A DNA stretch of 62,308 nucleotides, filler included, from Sphacelaria rigidula (GCA_964200075.2; 10 parts of 10 records of this genome joined end to end with filler, not necessarily neighbours in it); one strand, 5' to 3'. Counted from the whole stretch's first letter, positions 1-12,384 are shown. Translations and numbers: made by a program. The notes: a model not told the origin generated them from the letters alone.

Positions 1-65
1 CGTAGCTCATTACGTTTCTTCCATACATTACACAAGAAACTCTTACATATCTTATCCACGTCCTC
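1..65 (-). mobile_element. Short fragment resembling the C-terminal end of a non-LTR (LINE) ORF
   Basis: Minus strand reads DVDKICKSFLCNVWKKRNEL, which carries the W-x-x-R-N motif typical of LINE ORF2 C-termini. It is very short and at the contig edge. Confidence 0.4.
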
Positions 66-178
66 GCGCGCTGCCTTGGGGGAACCTTTTCGGGGCTTCC
101 TCTTTCGCCGTGACGATGGTCGGGGAACTTCCAAAACATGTTGGAGCAACACAACTGCGTCCAGTCGTGTGGGTGGGG

Positions 179-883
179 TCAGCATCGGGGCATGCTCGGC
201 GAAGCTTGTGGACTTTCCGTTGGCAAGCTTGGCTGAGGAGTCATGGCCGATTGTAAATTGGGACGGTTATTCCTGGAACCTATCAGGGGTAGTTTCGCGT
301 TCTGTAATAAACACGAAGAACAAACTCTTCCGAGCTGGCTGGGTGTTACTTGGCCCGAACTGGTCAAATTGAGACCAGCGGAACTTGAACCAGTCGAGTG
401 AGATGCATTACTGCCTGCGCGTGCGGTGGCTGAGGGAAGCCTTTGTCTCAGGGACGGGCGGCTGGTGTTCCCACACCTCAGATTTACACTCAGTTCTGAA
501 CGACCAAGTCCAGAGCCGAGCGAAGAGCTAAGTTGTGAGTTTACGCAACTGTTACGCTGTATGCGAGGAGGTGAAGACGGGGGTCGATTTGAGCGGCCGT
601 CAGTAGTGCTCCAGCAAAGTGTCGGGGAGACTGAGCGAGAATTTCTTCTCGCTAGTTTCGCGGGCTATGATGAAAAAGTCTTCGAAAGTGCTGTCGGCGG
701 CACCGAAGACTTTAGGACGCCGACATTTTCGCGTCATGGATCTAAGCGATCCGAAGTGAAGGTACCCGAGTTTCTGGTGTTGGGGTTCGAGCTATGTGTC
801 GGTCCCGTTCGCTGGTGTCTATCAGCGGGACCATAATTGGCGCGAGAGGTATTATCTCGTTGGCGAGTGCCAGGATTATGGTT
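179..883 (-). pseudogene. Decayed Ser/Pro/Arg-rich reading frame, possibly a retroelement ORF1/gag
   Basis: One minus frame runs about 230 codons with two internal stops and ends in ORF 179-367. No diagnostic motif was seen. Confidence 0.25.
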
Positions 884-1084
884 GTCCTAAGTACTTCTCA
901 GTGCTCAATCTCTCTCGCTAAGTCAATCAGTCTCACCGGAGATGTAAGAGTTTTCTTGTCGGGATGAAGCGGTGTGTTACCGAGGGCGATCTCATCGACA
1001 ATCATCCCTCGCTATATACGAGTTTAAACCCGTATCTGACCAACTCTGAACAGACCTGCCATCTTGGAATAGCCCTGAAATACC

Positions 1085-1104
1085 ATATATATATATATAT
1101 ATAT
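1085..1104. repeat. (TA)n microsatellite
   Basis: Direct reading: atatatatatatatatata. Confidence 0.9.
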
Positions 1105-1475
1105 AGACATAGCTAGACCTGCCAACGGGTCTGAGGCGGCATGATAACAAGCTAATATGCTCCCTCATGACAAGGTACTCTCATATTCCGCAGTTTCAAT
1201 TGTCTCAGACGCATCAAGAGCTCGCTTCACGGGCGGTGTGAGGAGGTGGAAAAGGCACCATCATGCACGAGACCCGTCACAGCACACATCGCCAGCGATT
1301 GCTACTGAAAAGAGATCGCGTCCCCGTAGTACAAGGCGAAGTTGTGCAGGGTTCTCAACATGCCGGCCCCACCCCGCGCGCACGGATTTCAAATCATACC
1401 TGTATGATACCGCTTGCTGTCTGTGTGCACGTGTTGTACCACCCCTCGCTCCGCCACATCTTATACAGCGGTTGG

Positions 1476-1600
1476 TGTTGCAGCTCAGCGTGCATTTGCC
1501 CTAGATGGCGCACGCAGAGTGAAAGACCGCCTCTGCCGCTGTAACGCCGACTTGTATCTTGAGCGGAGCTGTATGGTAGCATAGCTGCTATGGCGCGCAA
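1476..1600 (+). repeat. Dispersed repeat, also at about 58260-58385
   Basis: cagcgtgcatttgccctagatggcgcacgcagagtgaaagaccgcctctgccg matches cagcgtgcgtttgccccaagtggcgcacgcaggagtgaaaggccgcctccgccg in contig 10. Confidence 0.8.
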
Positions 1601-2544
1601 GGCGGCTGTAATAATTCATACCGTGGAGATTTCTACACTGCCTTGGAGTGATACTGCGCGCAATTCCCCATACGGGTACGAGTATTGCGCACGTCGCAGT
1701 TGGCCATAGCTTCTACACTATCCGCAGTACATTATTTTAAAAGTAGGTAATAGCTTCCATACTGCCCACAGTACGTTCTTTTAAAGTATATGCTGACTTT
1801 AGAAAGCTCTTGTCCAGGGCGTGATACATTTGCACATACATTAGGCGGTAAGACCGTGAAATAATCCACAGCGCATGGCCGAAGGGAAGAGGGGAAATTA
1901 CCGAAATATTCACGTGCAAAGTCTGTGCGGCCGTACTCTAAGTTGATAACGCTAGAAGGACACCAGTGCTACGATCATCCCGGCTCTCAGCCAGTTTGCA
2001 AGGCTGTCCCGGTAGTGGTGGGACTATCTGCACCGGGATGTAGCCCGCAGTGCCAGATACGCCGGCAAGGGTCCGTGGCACTACCCGCACTGGTCGCGCG
2101 ACAGGAGCCTAACCTTCGACTGTCGACCTTTTGGGGGCGGAAACATTCAGCTCCCAATCCTCACATATATAGCGGATCATAAACGATGCTTGCTTGCTGG
2201 GTTTCTTCGAGCGTCCATCCATAACTGGGCGAAGATTGATGATGAGGCCGGCAGGATCCTTCGAAGTCTGCGTGCTCGACTGTCACTGTACCTACGCTTC
2301 GTGGGTATCCACCGTATCAATGCAGACCGGACCATCAGCGACTTTCCCTGCAGAAGCTGTGAATTTGACACTTCCCTCTAATACCAATCTACACATTCTC
2401 CAAGTTCCGGCATCATCTGACGCCAGGGGCGGATTCTCTTCACGCCTTAGTTGCTAAGACACCGTCTCCATATGATGGAAAAGGAATAATACCGTGTTGT
2501 TGTGCAAACGTCGAGATAATCAACAACTGCAATAGCATGCCCCA

Positions 2545-3190
2545 GCTTTCGATGATTAGATCCTGCCGCAAGCGCGCAACCGTCCTTGCTCGCATGTGTG
2601 TGTCAGAGAACAGTAGCGGAGACGGGAACATCACCCTGCTTTTCGACGACGTGCTCTACTGCGCACAGAGGCACTTCCTGTTCAAGCAGAGAGGCAGAGA
2701 GAAACTGAATTGGTCAGCGCCATAGACAGGAGACGACAACTGGGAAATCCCGCGATGTTGTTTACGCTGCTGTGCTACGATAACCCGCCAGCCCACACAT
2801 GGCAACCTGGGTATGTGCTGGTACTAGGCCATGCTACGATATGGGAGGAGAGGTGTTCGATTCTACGAAAAAATGTACTCGTAGATACGTCAAACTACCT
2901 GACACACTCGTGGGGAGCTCATATTTGGGTAAAAACGGTGTATAGCGGTATGAGTCAGCGTTATTTATCGGGAACAAGCACGTTCGAACGGCTGTTCCTT
3001 TCAACGGCAATCGAAGTGTAATTTCGTGGAAGAAAACGACCCGAAATAACCTCCCGCTATCGTAGCATGACTCTATAATAACATGATGTCAATCTCTATA
3101 GCGATTGGGAATCGCCGAACGAGGACGGGCGAGGAGCTTCCTCTCCGACGTTGCTCCTCTGGTGATATCGTCATCGACACGGGTTTGCAC
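2545..3190 (+). repeat. Dispersed repeat, homologous in reverse orientation to about 33190-33560
   Basis: gtgtgtcagagaacagtagcggagacgggaacat...agaggcagagagaaa (2600-2705) and gaggagcttcctct...tatcgtcatcgacac (3130-3180) recur as reverse complements in contig 6. Confidence 0.7.
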
Positions 3191-3989
3191 GTCATTCATG
3201 TCATGCACCAAGCCACACCGGCGTAGCTGCAACAGAAACTCTGCCTGCGAAGATAAATTCCCGTGGTGATACTGTTTGGCGTGAATTCTCGGTTTTTACA
3301 GACGAGTTGAACACCATTTTAGTGTTCAACCCCAAAAAACAGAATCGGCTGTCGGTTACTCATGAAACAAATTTTTGAAAATATACACCGGTGAGGAAGG
3401 CCTATCGTTAGGGTAGACAGCGTACGGGGGAGGCCGTCGTCCTGATGCCGAGGAAACTCCGAGGCTGGCGATGATTTCCTGATCTTGTGATATGTAGGCA
3501 AGAAGTTGGGTCAGACGAGAAGAAGTCGCCTGGGGGCGACCAGTTCCTCGGGGGATATTGGTCCATCCTGATATCAGGCCCTTTCCTGGCATCATCCCAA
3601 GTTGTGTAGTTTCGTTGGCATTACAGGATCCTCGGTAATCTGGTCCTTTCGGACCGTTCCTACCTTGTACCTGCCTGCGCTGGTTCTTCATACATGTGTG
3701 GCATCAGTCTCTGATGTCACTGCAAAGATGTATCTTCCACATTTCCTCCCCCTTATGCGCCTCAAACCCATCAGGACTGTGGTTGGTGGGACAAAGCGAT
3801 CATCAACTTCGCTGATGATTAAATCGTGGAAGTGTCTTTCAGTGACAATCATTGATTGAGTCACACCACCGCTAATCGCAAAGGTAACCCTTCTCTATAC
3901 TGTGGTATTGAGTAAACACCCCCGGTAAATTTTAGCTGCCTGAGGTCCGTAACAGTGCATGCATTGCAAGCCCTTGACTTTGGTTTTCT

Positions 3990-4790
3990 CTGTCATGTAA
4001 CTGTGCCGTGTGTGACATATCACCATCGGATGCTTTTTTCGCACTTCGGTGTTGCTTTGCGTCTGGCGGTCATGCATGACTGGGCACTGAGACGCTGAAC
4101 GAACACCGTAAGACCAGGTTCTCGGGTAAGTAACAAAACGGTGTTCAAGATGTGTTTAGCCTGTGAGCGTTGTGCGCTTTTGGCTAAGCACCGTCAAAAT
4201 TGCCCTTGCTTCTTATTATTTAGTGTCATGTAACTGTATCGTGTGTGACACATTTTTTATGGGATGTATTTGAACTTTGGTGCTGGCTGCGTCCGTTAGG
4301 TATACATGACTAGACACAGGGACACTGATCGGTCCCCGGGCGCTTGAGGTATATTCATGCCCAGGTTCTGGGATGCCTTCGGTTCCACTGACACCGGAGT
4401 ACGACAAAGTCCTCGCGTTAGTAACAAAGCGGTGGATCTGATGTATATATTGTGAGCATTGTGCTCTTTGGTGAAACATCGACGTGATATTTGCTTCTTA
4501 TCATTTTGTGGCATGTAAGTGTGTCATATGTGACCTATTTCCACGAGATTCATTTGCACTTTGGTGCTGGATGCATCTGCTGCTTATATATGCCTGGGCA
4601 CTAGGACACTCATCGGTCCACGGGCGCCTGGGTTATCTATGTCTCGGTTCTGGGATGCCTTCGGTTGCGCTGACACCGGAGTAGGACAACGTCCTCGCGT
4701 TAGTAACAAAGCGGTGGATATGATGTTTATCTTGTGAGCATCGTCCTCTTTGGCTAAACATCATCGAAATTATCTTTGCCTCTTGTCGTC
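3990..4790 (-). repeat. Three degenerate tandem units (period 282 bp between the two full units) downstream of the Gypsy chromodomain
   Basis: gtcctcgcgttagtaacaaagcggtggat and ggttctgggatgccttcggtt recur 282 bp apart. tgtcatgtaa/tggcatgtaa marks unit starts near 3991, 4224 and 4509. Confidence 0.85.
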
Positions 4791-4974
4791 GACTACTCCC
4801 ATTACTGAGAGGCGAGCTTTCTTGGGAAGTTGCACCCTCGTCACCGCTGACATGTCAGATATTCTTTCGTTCATGTCTGCCTTGCTCTAACGTCGTTTTA
4901 TGTGTGACTGTCATTGACCTCCGAATTGTGACCCCAGGCTACTGCTCAACTCTTGAGCGTTTTGCTCGGACGCT

Positions 4975-5735
4975 TCAATAGTCTGTTGAACAGTCACGTC
5001 CGTTTCCGTTTCCCGGTATTTTGGATCTTGACTGCGGACGTGAGCACTCTGCTAACCCATTGTCATGACGTAATATCGATGAGATGCTTGCGTATTCGTC
5101 AGCACGATAGGTTAGGTCAGCTGCTGGGCTGTAGGCTTTGAGTCTCGACCGATATTTATCGTTATGACGACTTCTCTGACCTGGTCCTAGACCGTGGGCT
5201 ACCACTTTTTCGACAGCGCACCATTTTATCGTGGACAACATTCCGTCTGATTGGTCTCTCTCTGGTAGAGGTATCCTTTGCCTAGGGACAACTCGCTCGA
5301 CTTATCGAAATCTGATGCGGGTGGCGTTTCTCGCGAACGATATTTCTTCAACTGAGCGAGATGTACTGACATTTCTTTAGAGCCGTCGCCTATTTTGATT
5401 CTGTACACGCCCGGCGATCGTCTCTCGGTTATCATGAAAGGTGCCCCCCATGGTAATTGGAGTTTCGGGTTCGGCCCTTCTGAATCCTGGTATGGTCAGT
5501 GCAGGAGTACCTTGTGACCGGGTTTGAAGACTGGGAACAGTTTCTATTTTTTTTGTTTTCTTGTTCGTTCGCTCTTTCTCGTAGAGCTTGTCTCGCCATT
5601 TCAAATCCTAGACGTAGGTTTTCCCGTGTTTCTTTGGAAACTTCTTCGGGTGTTGCTGCTTGGCTTCTCTCAGGTATGCGGAGGGTGATGTCGATTGGTA
5701 ATCTGGACTGTCTTCCGAACAATGAAAAATAACGC
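4975..5735 (-). mobile_element. Decayed Ty3/Gypsy integrase C-terminus (GPY/F-like region) plus chromodomain-like segment
   Basis: Frameshifted pieces LFGRQSRLPID...MARQAL, FKPGHKVLL, KLQLPWG, FMITERRSPGVYRI...VHLAQLKKY, then VEKVVAH...KYRSRLKAYSPAADLTYRADE. Confidence 0.85.
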
Positions 5736-6142
5736 ATCTTCGCTACTTGACCTCCCGAACGATGAAAAATGACACACCTTCCCAGCTTGTAATAACGTAT
5801 CTCCTGCACCGGCTTGCACCCAACCTGTCGGTAGTACAGCAGGCAAACCCGATCATAGCTAGCTTCCGTTGCTGCACCGAACTTGCTCCCGTCTGCTCAG
5901 AGAAGGTAGGTCACCGTAACAACATGTACCGATTTCGCAACAGCTATGAATGCTAAAACGTTTGATTTTTCTCAAATACATCCGCACAATTTGAACGACT
6001 CTCGAGACCTGAGGGAAGGTGGCCGCATTGGGTCCGGTCAAACATGTGAAGATACCGTCGAAGAGCGATAAACAGCCGATTTTGAATTTTGGGGTTCATA
6101 CAAAATATGGGGTTGAAGTGGCATTTCTCTCTTGCACGGAAG

Positions 6143-6242
6143 NNNNNNNNNNNNNNNNNNNNNNNNNNNNNNNNNNNNNNNNNNNNTTAATTAATTAANN
6201 NNNNNNNNNNNNNNNNNNNNNNNNNNNNNNNNNNNNNNNNNN
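6143..6242. other. Artificial contig linker (N44-TTAATTAATTAA-N44); also at 12385-12484, 18626-18725, 24867-24966, 31108-31207, 37349-37448, 43590-43689, 49830-49929, 56070-56169
   Basis: Nine identical 100-nt spacers with stops in all six frames. The segments between them are 6142-6139 nt in descending order. Confidence 0.98.
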
Positions 6243-6259
6243 CGGGTTGGAGAAACAAC

Positions 6260-6440
6260 GAATCGGTCGGGCACGCGAGTCATTGCTCGTTGTGGAAAAA
6301 ACGAATAGGGCGAGCACTCGAGTCATAGCTCGTTGTGCAAAAAACGAATAGGGCGAGCACTCGAGTCATTGCTCGTTGTGTTTTCGGAAAACATCAACGA
6401 GTGCACTCGTCTCGACGAGTGATGGCTCGCCCGACGTATG
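6260..6440 (-). mobile_element. MITE-like element (partial, at contig edge) abutting the 5' LTR remnant; same family as 19508-19717 and 20568-20720
   Basis: Ends in ctcgcccgacgtatg and has internal repeats gagcactcgagtcattgctcgttgtg shared with the other copies. Confidence 0.75.
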
Positions 6441-9400
6441 AAAGCTTTATACACATTTCTATCTCATCTTGTTTGGCAGTCAGCCGTGTCCATTGATCGA
6501 CTATCACAGTCGTGTACATTGATCGACTATCTGAGTCGAGTCTGCAACCCATCCTCTCACGGGGTCACGAAGCTACAAACACTCTAGAGCCTCTACCCAA
6601 CTTGGGAGCTTTATGGCCAAGGAACCGATGGCAGACTGGAGCACCACGGAGGGACACTCGGTCGTCGTGGGAGACACATCGTCTCGAACGGAAATGCTGG
6701 AGGTGAAAGAAAATGTAGTCAGCTTGCAAGGATCGGTGACAGGTAGCTGGCGGAGCTGAGGATGATGATGTCCCGATTAGTGCGCGGGACATCGTCCACT
6801 GGCCCTGGAGCGGCAGCGGACGGGGAGGGAGAGTTAGGCGACGGGAGGCACACCGTCGCCGGTGCCGGGACAGGAAGGGTCCGGTTACCACACGGAGAAG
6901 GGATTGGATCAGGCCCTCTCCAAGGATCCGTGGGCGATGGATCAGCCCAAGTAAGTATAAACGAGGGGTCCCCGGCGTACTACCCTCATATTGGCGTGAA
7001 GAACTATTTACGTGTAGATGAAAAGTTTGACGGTAGGGAGGAAAATTGGTCGTTGTTCCGTGATTATTCCCTGACACAAGTCAGTGCCGCAGTTTTCATA
7101 AGCGCCTCACGTGACAGACGGGCAATATTTCCGTATGACACAGGAAACTGGCAAGGGAAGTTGAAAAAGGAATTTACAAGGGAGCTCGGGAAATACGGGG
7201 GATTCGAAACCTGATGGGCGTGAAAATGGTTCTGTGAAGGAGAGGCGATGTTGGATTTTCCGGAAGCAAGAAACACACTTCGCGCGTGATTGTCCAGAAC
7301 GACATTGCATGGGATGCGGACTAAAGGGACATTCGTTTCAGAATTGTAATACAGGAGAAGACGAAGATACAGCGATGGCAGCAGGGTCGTCGAGTAGTAG
7401 CGATTCTTCAGTATGCTTGGCAGCGGACGCAGAAGCTTTTTGAAAATGATGGCACGAGACCTATGCATGACTCAAATACCCCTTTGATATTGTTATGTTT
7501 TGAGTGTTCGTAGCCATCATGCAGATAGCGATTTATGTACCCAAAGAAAAGTCGATGCCAAGGTGGATCGAGATGTTGTTGGACATCTCTGGACCATGCT
7601 GAGACCATATTTTTGATATGGAGACCGAAACTCAGTGTTGTTGATGTTTGACGAATATTTCCGTCTCGATGAGTGCAGACTTGCTTTGCGCGCTTTTTTG
7701 ACTCGTGATGAATAGGAGATCGTCTGCCGTTTTTGTGAGTGTGAGAAAAGCGGGGCACCGCGTCTTGACTTGACTGTGGAATGGTGTCGGTGAAATTGCA
7801 CAGAATGGAGGTGCGTGAAGAGTGTTGAGGACATGTTTCGACATGGATGCCGAAACTCAAATCTTATGTGTAACATTGTTGCCACCCCGATGAGCGTAGG
7901 ATTGCGGGGCACCGCATCCTTACTCGATTGGTTGAGGTGGAACCTTGTTCGTCGCCTTGGTGAGTACAGGCACATAGGGCACTATGGCCTGACTAGACTA
8001 GAGGGTGATGTCGGTAAAAAGTACCGCACAGGGGTATGCGGATGAACGATGGTTGAGACCGCAAATTTTAGGTGGGTTCCGAAAGTCGACATCTAAGTGA
8101 AAAAGTTGTTATTATTTGGAGAGGTGCAGGATTCGCGAGGCATCGGTTTCTTGACTGGATTGGTTGATAAGACTCCGTTGTTATGGTAGGAGCAAGGACT
8201 GGGTAGCGCAATACGAGCCACTTGACCTGATCATGATAATTTCGGAAGAGTGATTGTGGGCACAAATGAAATTCCTGTGCTACAGATCAGCAGAACACAT
8301 GTGATCCATATTTGATGGTTGATAGATAGAGCTGACATTATGTGCGAGATGCGGTGCATGTGCACAGCATGCTAAAAGAAGGGTGCATTGTATCACCCAT
8401 ATGAGAGTTGGTCGTTGCTCGATTGGCTGGCCAGGCGAAATCCATACGGGTGTACACATGTTGGCCCGGCATGTAAAAGTAAAAGTGTACTGTTTTATGC
8501 AACCAGGATGCTAGCGGCCGAACTGCTATTTGATCCATGTGTGGTATGTGAACGAGAAGTGAAGAGTTGAAATAATGATTGTGCTGGATCCGGGTGCGAT
8601 ATGTGGGTGTGCGTTCGTGGGTGCCGTAATGCGACACCACAGTACGGTACGTGGTAAAGTATGTTCATCGGTTGATGATTGATGCGCCCGAGTAACATGG
8701 ATATTCATACTTTTCTTTTCTGTTGTCCCACTGCCCATCCCCCTCGGGTCTACACGATGTGTGAGACGCTAAGCCTTCAAGAATGTTTTTGTCCGACACA
8801 GGTGCTGTCTGTACGGCCGAGACAAGCACGGGATGAATGTTTTTGGAGGACGGTGACCGACAAGGATTAAGATCAACCCCCTCGCTGCAAACCTCCCCGC
8901 TATAGGAGAAAGATGATGATGGATGCAGCACTCCCTCCCCGTGACCTAAAGGCGGGGGGAGAGATGTTGATGGCAAGAATTGGGGGGGGGGGGGCTGATG
9001 CTGATCGTGTGTTTTGTCTGGAGGCGCTTGGTCTCGCATGCATAGTGCAGGTTACTCGAATGCTAAGTACGACCACCCACGCTATTGTAAGGAGCATGGG
9101 CTAGTACAGGTGCGGAATTTGACTTGTGTTTTGCGTGGACTGGCCATCAGGAGCTAACAGTGTGGTGGACACACAGCTCATGCGTCCCTGTTTTTTTTGT
9201 CTTGGTGTGCGGAGAAAGATATCGATGCATTTGGTTCTTGGCTGGTCCTATAGTCGTTGGAAAAAGTGACGAGTTTCGGGATTTACGGTGGTTTTGCGGT
9301 TGCTAATGAAAATCATTTCTTAATAGGATACACCTGTTGAATGCGCCGTGAGCGGAAGAGTTCTTTTTTGGTGGATAGGTCTGTTTACTGAGTATGGTCT

Positions 9401-9761
9401 TTGAGTTTTCCCGTTTGACACCCAGTCAATGGGGGGGGTGTTCGTAGGATGGCCTGGGGTAATCAATAAGATACACCTTGTCAAGATAAGGTACAATAGT
9501 CCAGTGACACACCTGCTTGAGTTCCGGGTACTACGCGGGATGACTTTATATTGTGACGTTAGTGACTCGACATACGTGAGTGGTGCTTGTCGCATCTTGA
9601 GACCTTGACCCCTACTGGGGCCACTCTCCCTTCTTCCCTCTTCATCAACAAAGCTTTATATACATTTCTACCTCATCTTGATCGGCAGTCAGCCGTGTCC
9701 ATTGATCGACTATCTGAGTCGAGTCTGCAACCCCTCTCACGGGGTCACGAAGCTACAAACA
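6441..9761 (+). mobile_element. Non-autonomous LTR retrotransposon (probably Copia-derived): 5' LTR remnant 6441-6581, full 3' LTR 9439-9761
   Basis: 6441-6581 and about 9650-9761 are near-identical and both end gaagctacaaaca. The 3' LTR starts TGTTCGTAG right after a G8 polypurine tract (9431-9438) and ends CTACAAACA. The interior is only about 2.9 kb. Confidence 0.85.
6762..7443 (+). pseudogene. Disrupted gag with tandem zinc knuckles
   Basis: EKFDGREENWSLF (gag-like), followed by RRCWIFRKQETHFARDC and CMGCGLKGHSFQNC (CX2CX4HX4C). The frame is broken near 7214. Confidence 0.75.
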
Positions 9762-10322
9762 CATGAATGCACGTGACCCGCGTTTATTGATCGAAGTCGA
9801 CAAACGATACGAGCTAGGTCGGCCTCAAAGCTGAAATTCCTCCCAATGAACTGTAGGCAAATTATACCAAGCCGTAGGTTTCAGTAGAATCGCATGCGTG
9901 ATTGAAGCAGTGGCAAGGGAAAAAGGATCCTGGATTAATGGCCCTTTTCCGTGTGGGCCCTTGCTGTCTGGCTCGTAATGTGATCTGTTGAGGATCACTC
10001 CGTGATAATAGCAAGTAAGAAGAAAGGACTTGTCGAGCACGAGGCTAGTGATACTGGAGGAGTCCCTCGTTGAAAGTCCTTTGGTCCAGATCGTTTGGCA
10101 GAGGCTAGAGCCACAATATCTAGATATTCTTTTCGGCACTCTGTTGGAGAAGTTTGGCTGAGGAGAGGGACCGCAGCTGGAAGTCAGTTTGGGCCACAGT
10201 CGGAAGGAGACAAACTTGAAGCCAAGTTGAAGCGCACAACAGCGGAGCACGCTTCGTGGGCTGGAAGACGCACAAGTCAGGCAAGAATCTCTCCGTGAAG
10301 TAGTGTTTGAATCCCACACGAC

Positions 10323-12384
10323 ATGGCTTAAGCGGCGGCAGCGCCGCTGGTGTTAGGTGAGCCGCTAGACCCGCCAAAGTATGGCGAAGTGTGGATAGAG
10401 GAAGCATCGAGAGTTTTCTACGCAGCATATCTCGACTACATAGAGAGATTGTACCTTGCAAAAGCTCAGGAAGTTGCAAGGCATGCTAGGGTGAGCATAG
10501 ATCAACTCATCCCTACGTACATTCATCGGTGCTTTGAAAGCATGCACGAGGACCGTCGGGTTATGACCCCTGACGAATTGCTAGATGCTGTGAAGCAGCA
10601 TGCTGGGTACACCACAACCGGCGGCAAGCATGACACTGTGCGGGCTGCAGCAGACCTGCGTAGAGTGCTTACAACACGGGATCTTACAAATTGGGGATTG
10701 ATCTTATATTGAGGATGAGAAACCCGGAAAATTAGAATATCTGTATCCACACCAAATCTTCGAAATATGGTTCCATTTCTTCATATACTGATAGCTATTG
10801 ACAACTACTACACGTCATAGAAATTTGAATTTCGATCACCGAAAAGTTGGGGTCCTGAGTGAAAAACAAATATCGGAACCATTTAAGCGTCCGTTGGGAC
10901 ACCCGGAATTCCCCAAAATTGATTTTTCACCTGGGACCCCAACATTTCGGTGATCGATATCCAAATTTCTATAGCATGTAGCAGTTCTTAATAGCTATCA
11001 GTAGGTAAAGAAATAAAACCATATTTCGAAGATTTGGTGTGGATACAAAGATGGTAGTTCTCCGGGTTTCTCAATACCAAAAAAAGATCCATCCTCAATT
11101 TGTAAGATCCCGTGTTTTACAGTGCAGAAAAGCGGTGGGACATCCGTCAAGGGTCGAGCGATGATGGTCAGCTCATCGATGAAAAGGTTTCCCTGCAAAC
11201 CTCACGGTGCAAGCCATGTACCGTGCGGAGGACAGGAGCTGGTTGCCAGGCCCGGCCGAGTCGGTTTCCATAGCTTCGGTAGACGGGATTTCGCCCCCAG
11301 AATTCAAGGCGTATGTTAGAAGCGTACTAACGTATGTAGACGGCTGGAAAAATAATCCAACGGTGGTATTCAACACGATATTTGATGCCGCCGACCAGTG
11401 GAAATTCATCGAGGCGCATGACCGGCGCGACTCTGCGGCAAATGCAGGTGGTGCGCGCCGCAAACAACAACCGCAACAGAAATAGCAGCCGTCTTCGCGA
11501 GCGTCGTCCACTCGCGCGTGTTACAACTGCGGCGACAACGGACACCTGATTACAAACTGCCCCAAGCCTCGCGCTCAAGGCGCTGCTCAGGGCAATGCGC
11601 AAGATTCATCATGATCTCGAGGCGGTCGTCACGGTGGACGGGGCCGTGCCAACCATGGACGCGGCCGCGGCGGCCGCGGTAGCAAGCAATCGGCGGCGGA
11701 TGGTGGTTCCTCCGCTCCTGTATCTTCCAATAAGTCATCAGGTGGTGACTCTGGATCATATAGTTCTTCCGTGCCGGGGCGGACAGTGTATGTGGGAAAT
11801 TCAAATACTCCGGCCGGGAGTGCCGGAGCGAATAGTTTGCAGCCCCTCGGCCAGGCAGGATCCGTGTCTGGTGCATTTCCTACTACTGCGACGACTGTAA
11901 CAGCGCCGTCTGCATATTCGGTGACTTGGTCTGGGTGGACTGCCGATTCTCAATTATCGATCTCAATAGCTGGAGCGCAGCCCTGGCGTCAGGTGACTCT
12001 TGGTACCGATCAGGGCCGAAGGTGCGATACCTGTTGATCGCAAGGCAGAATGTTTACGCCCAGATCTTTCCTTGCCTGGTTCCGTAGGTTCGTTCATGGC
12101 CCGCGTTATTCCGGAATCTGGATCCGCGCTCACGTCGACTGGTGCGGGGTTGCTGGAACAGATGTCTTCAGGCGGCGCTCAATTGCAGATTCCGTTCGAA
12201 AATGGACCGCAAACGACACAGACCGCCACGGGTGCTCCCGTGATGGTTACACATCAAACGGCGCCGATCGCTGTCAGCGTGCGTACGCCATGGGGGGCTG
12301 TGGAGTTGCAGCCTGTGACGCTAGCCAGCGCTAGAATGACAGCGTCAATATGCTTGTTCGAGGGACTCCCCAGCTCTCGCTGGC
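10323..12384 (+). mobile_element. Decayed Ty3/Gypsy-like gag-protease region interrupted by a MITE
   Basis: ORF pieces at 10350, 11122, 11207, 11771 and 12000 join through stops and frameshifts. CYNCGDNGHLITNC knuckle near 11518-11560, an RGG-rich tract, and a protease-like ARVIPESGSALTS...VRTPWG segment. Confidence 0.8.
10674..11115. mobile_element. Fold-back MITE with arms of about 190 bp, inserted in gag
   Basis: Termini acacgggatcttacaaattg / caatttgtaagatcccgtgt. Flanks are cttaca / tttaca. Removing it rejoins gag in frame (LRRVLT-VQKSGG). Confidence 0.9.

Noticed and set aside
6143..6242. TTAATTAATTAA motif recurring every 6.24 kb, and gene neighbourhoods across it
   Set aside because: It is an artificial six-frame-stop linker. 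Adjacent contigs are unrelated, so no cluster can be inferred across them.
6260..6400. CRISPR-like short direct repeats
   Set aside because: The intervening sequences are also repeated, the repeats lie inside a MITE, and there are no cas genes.
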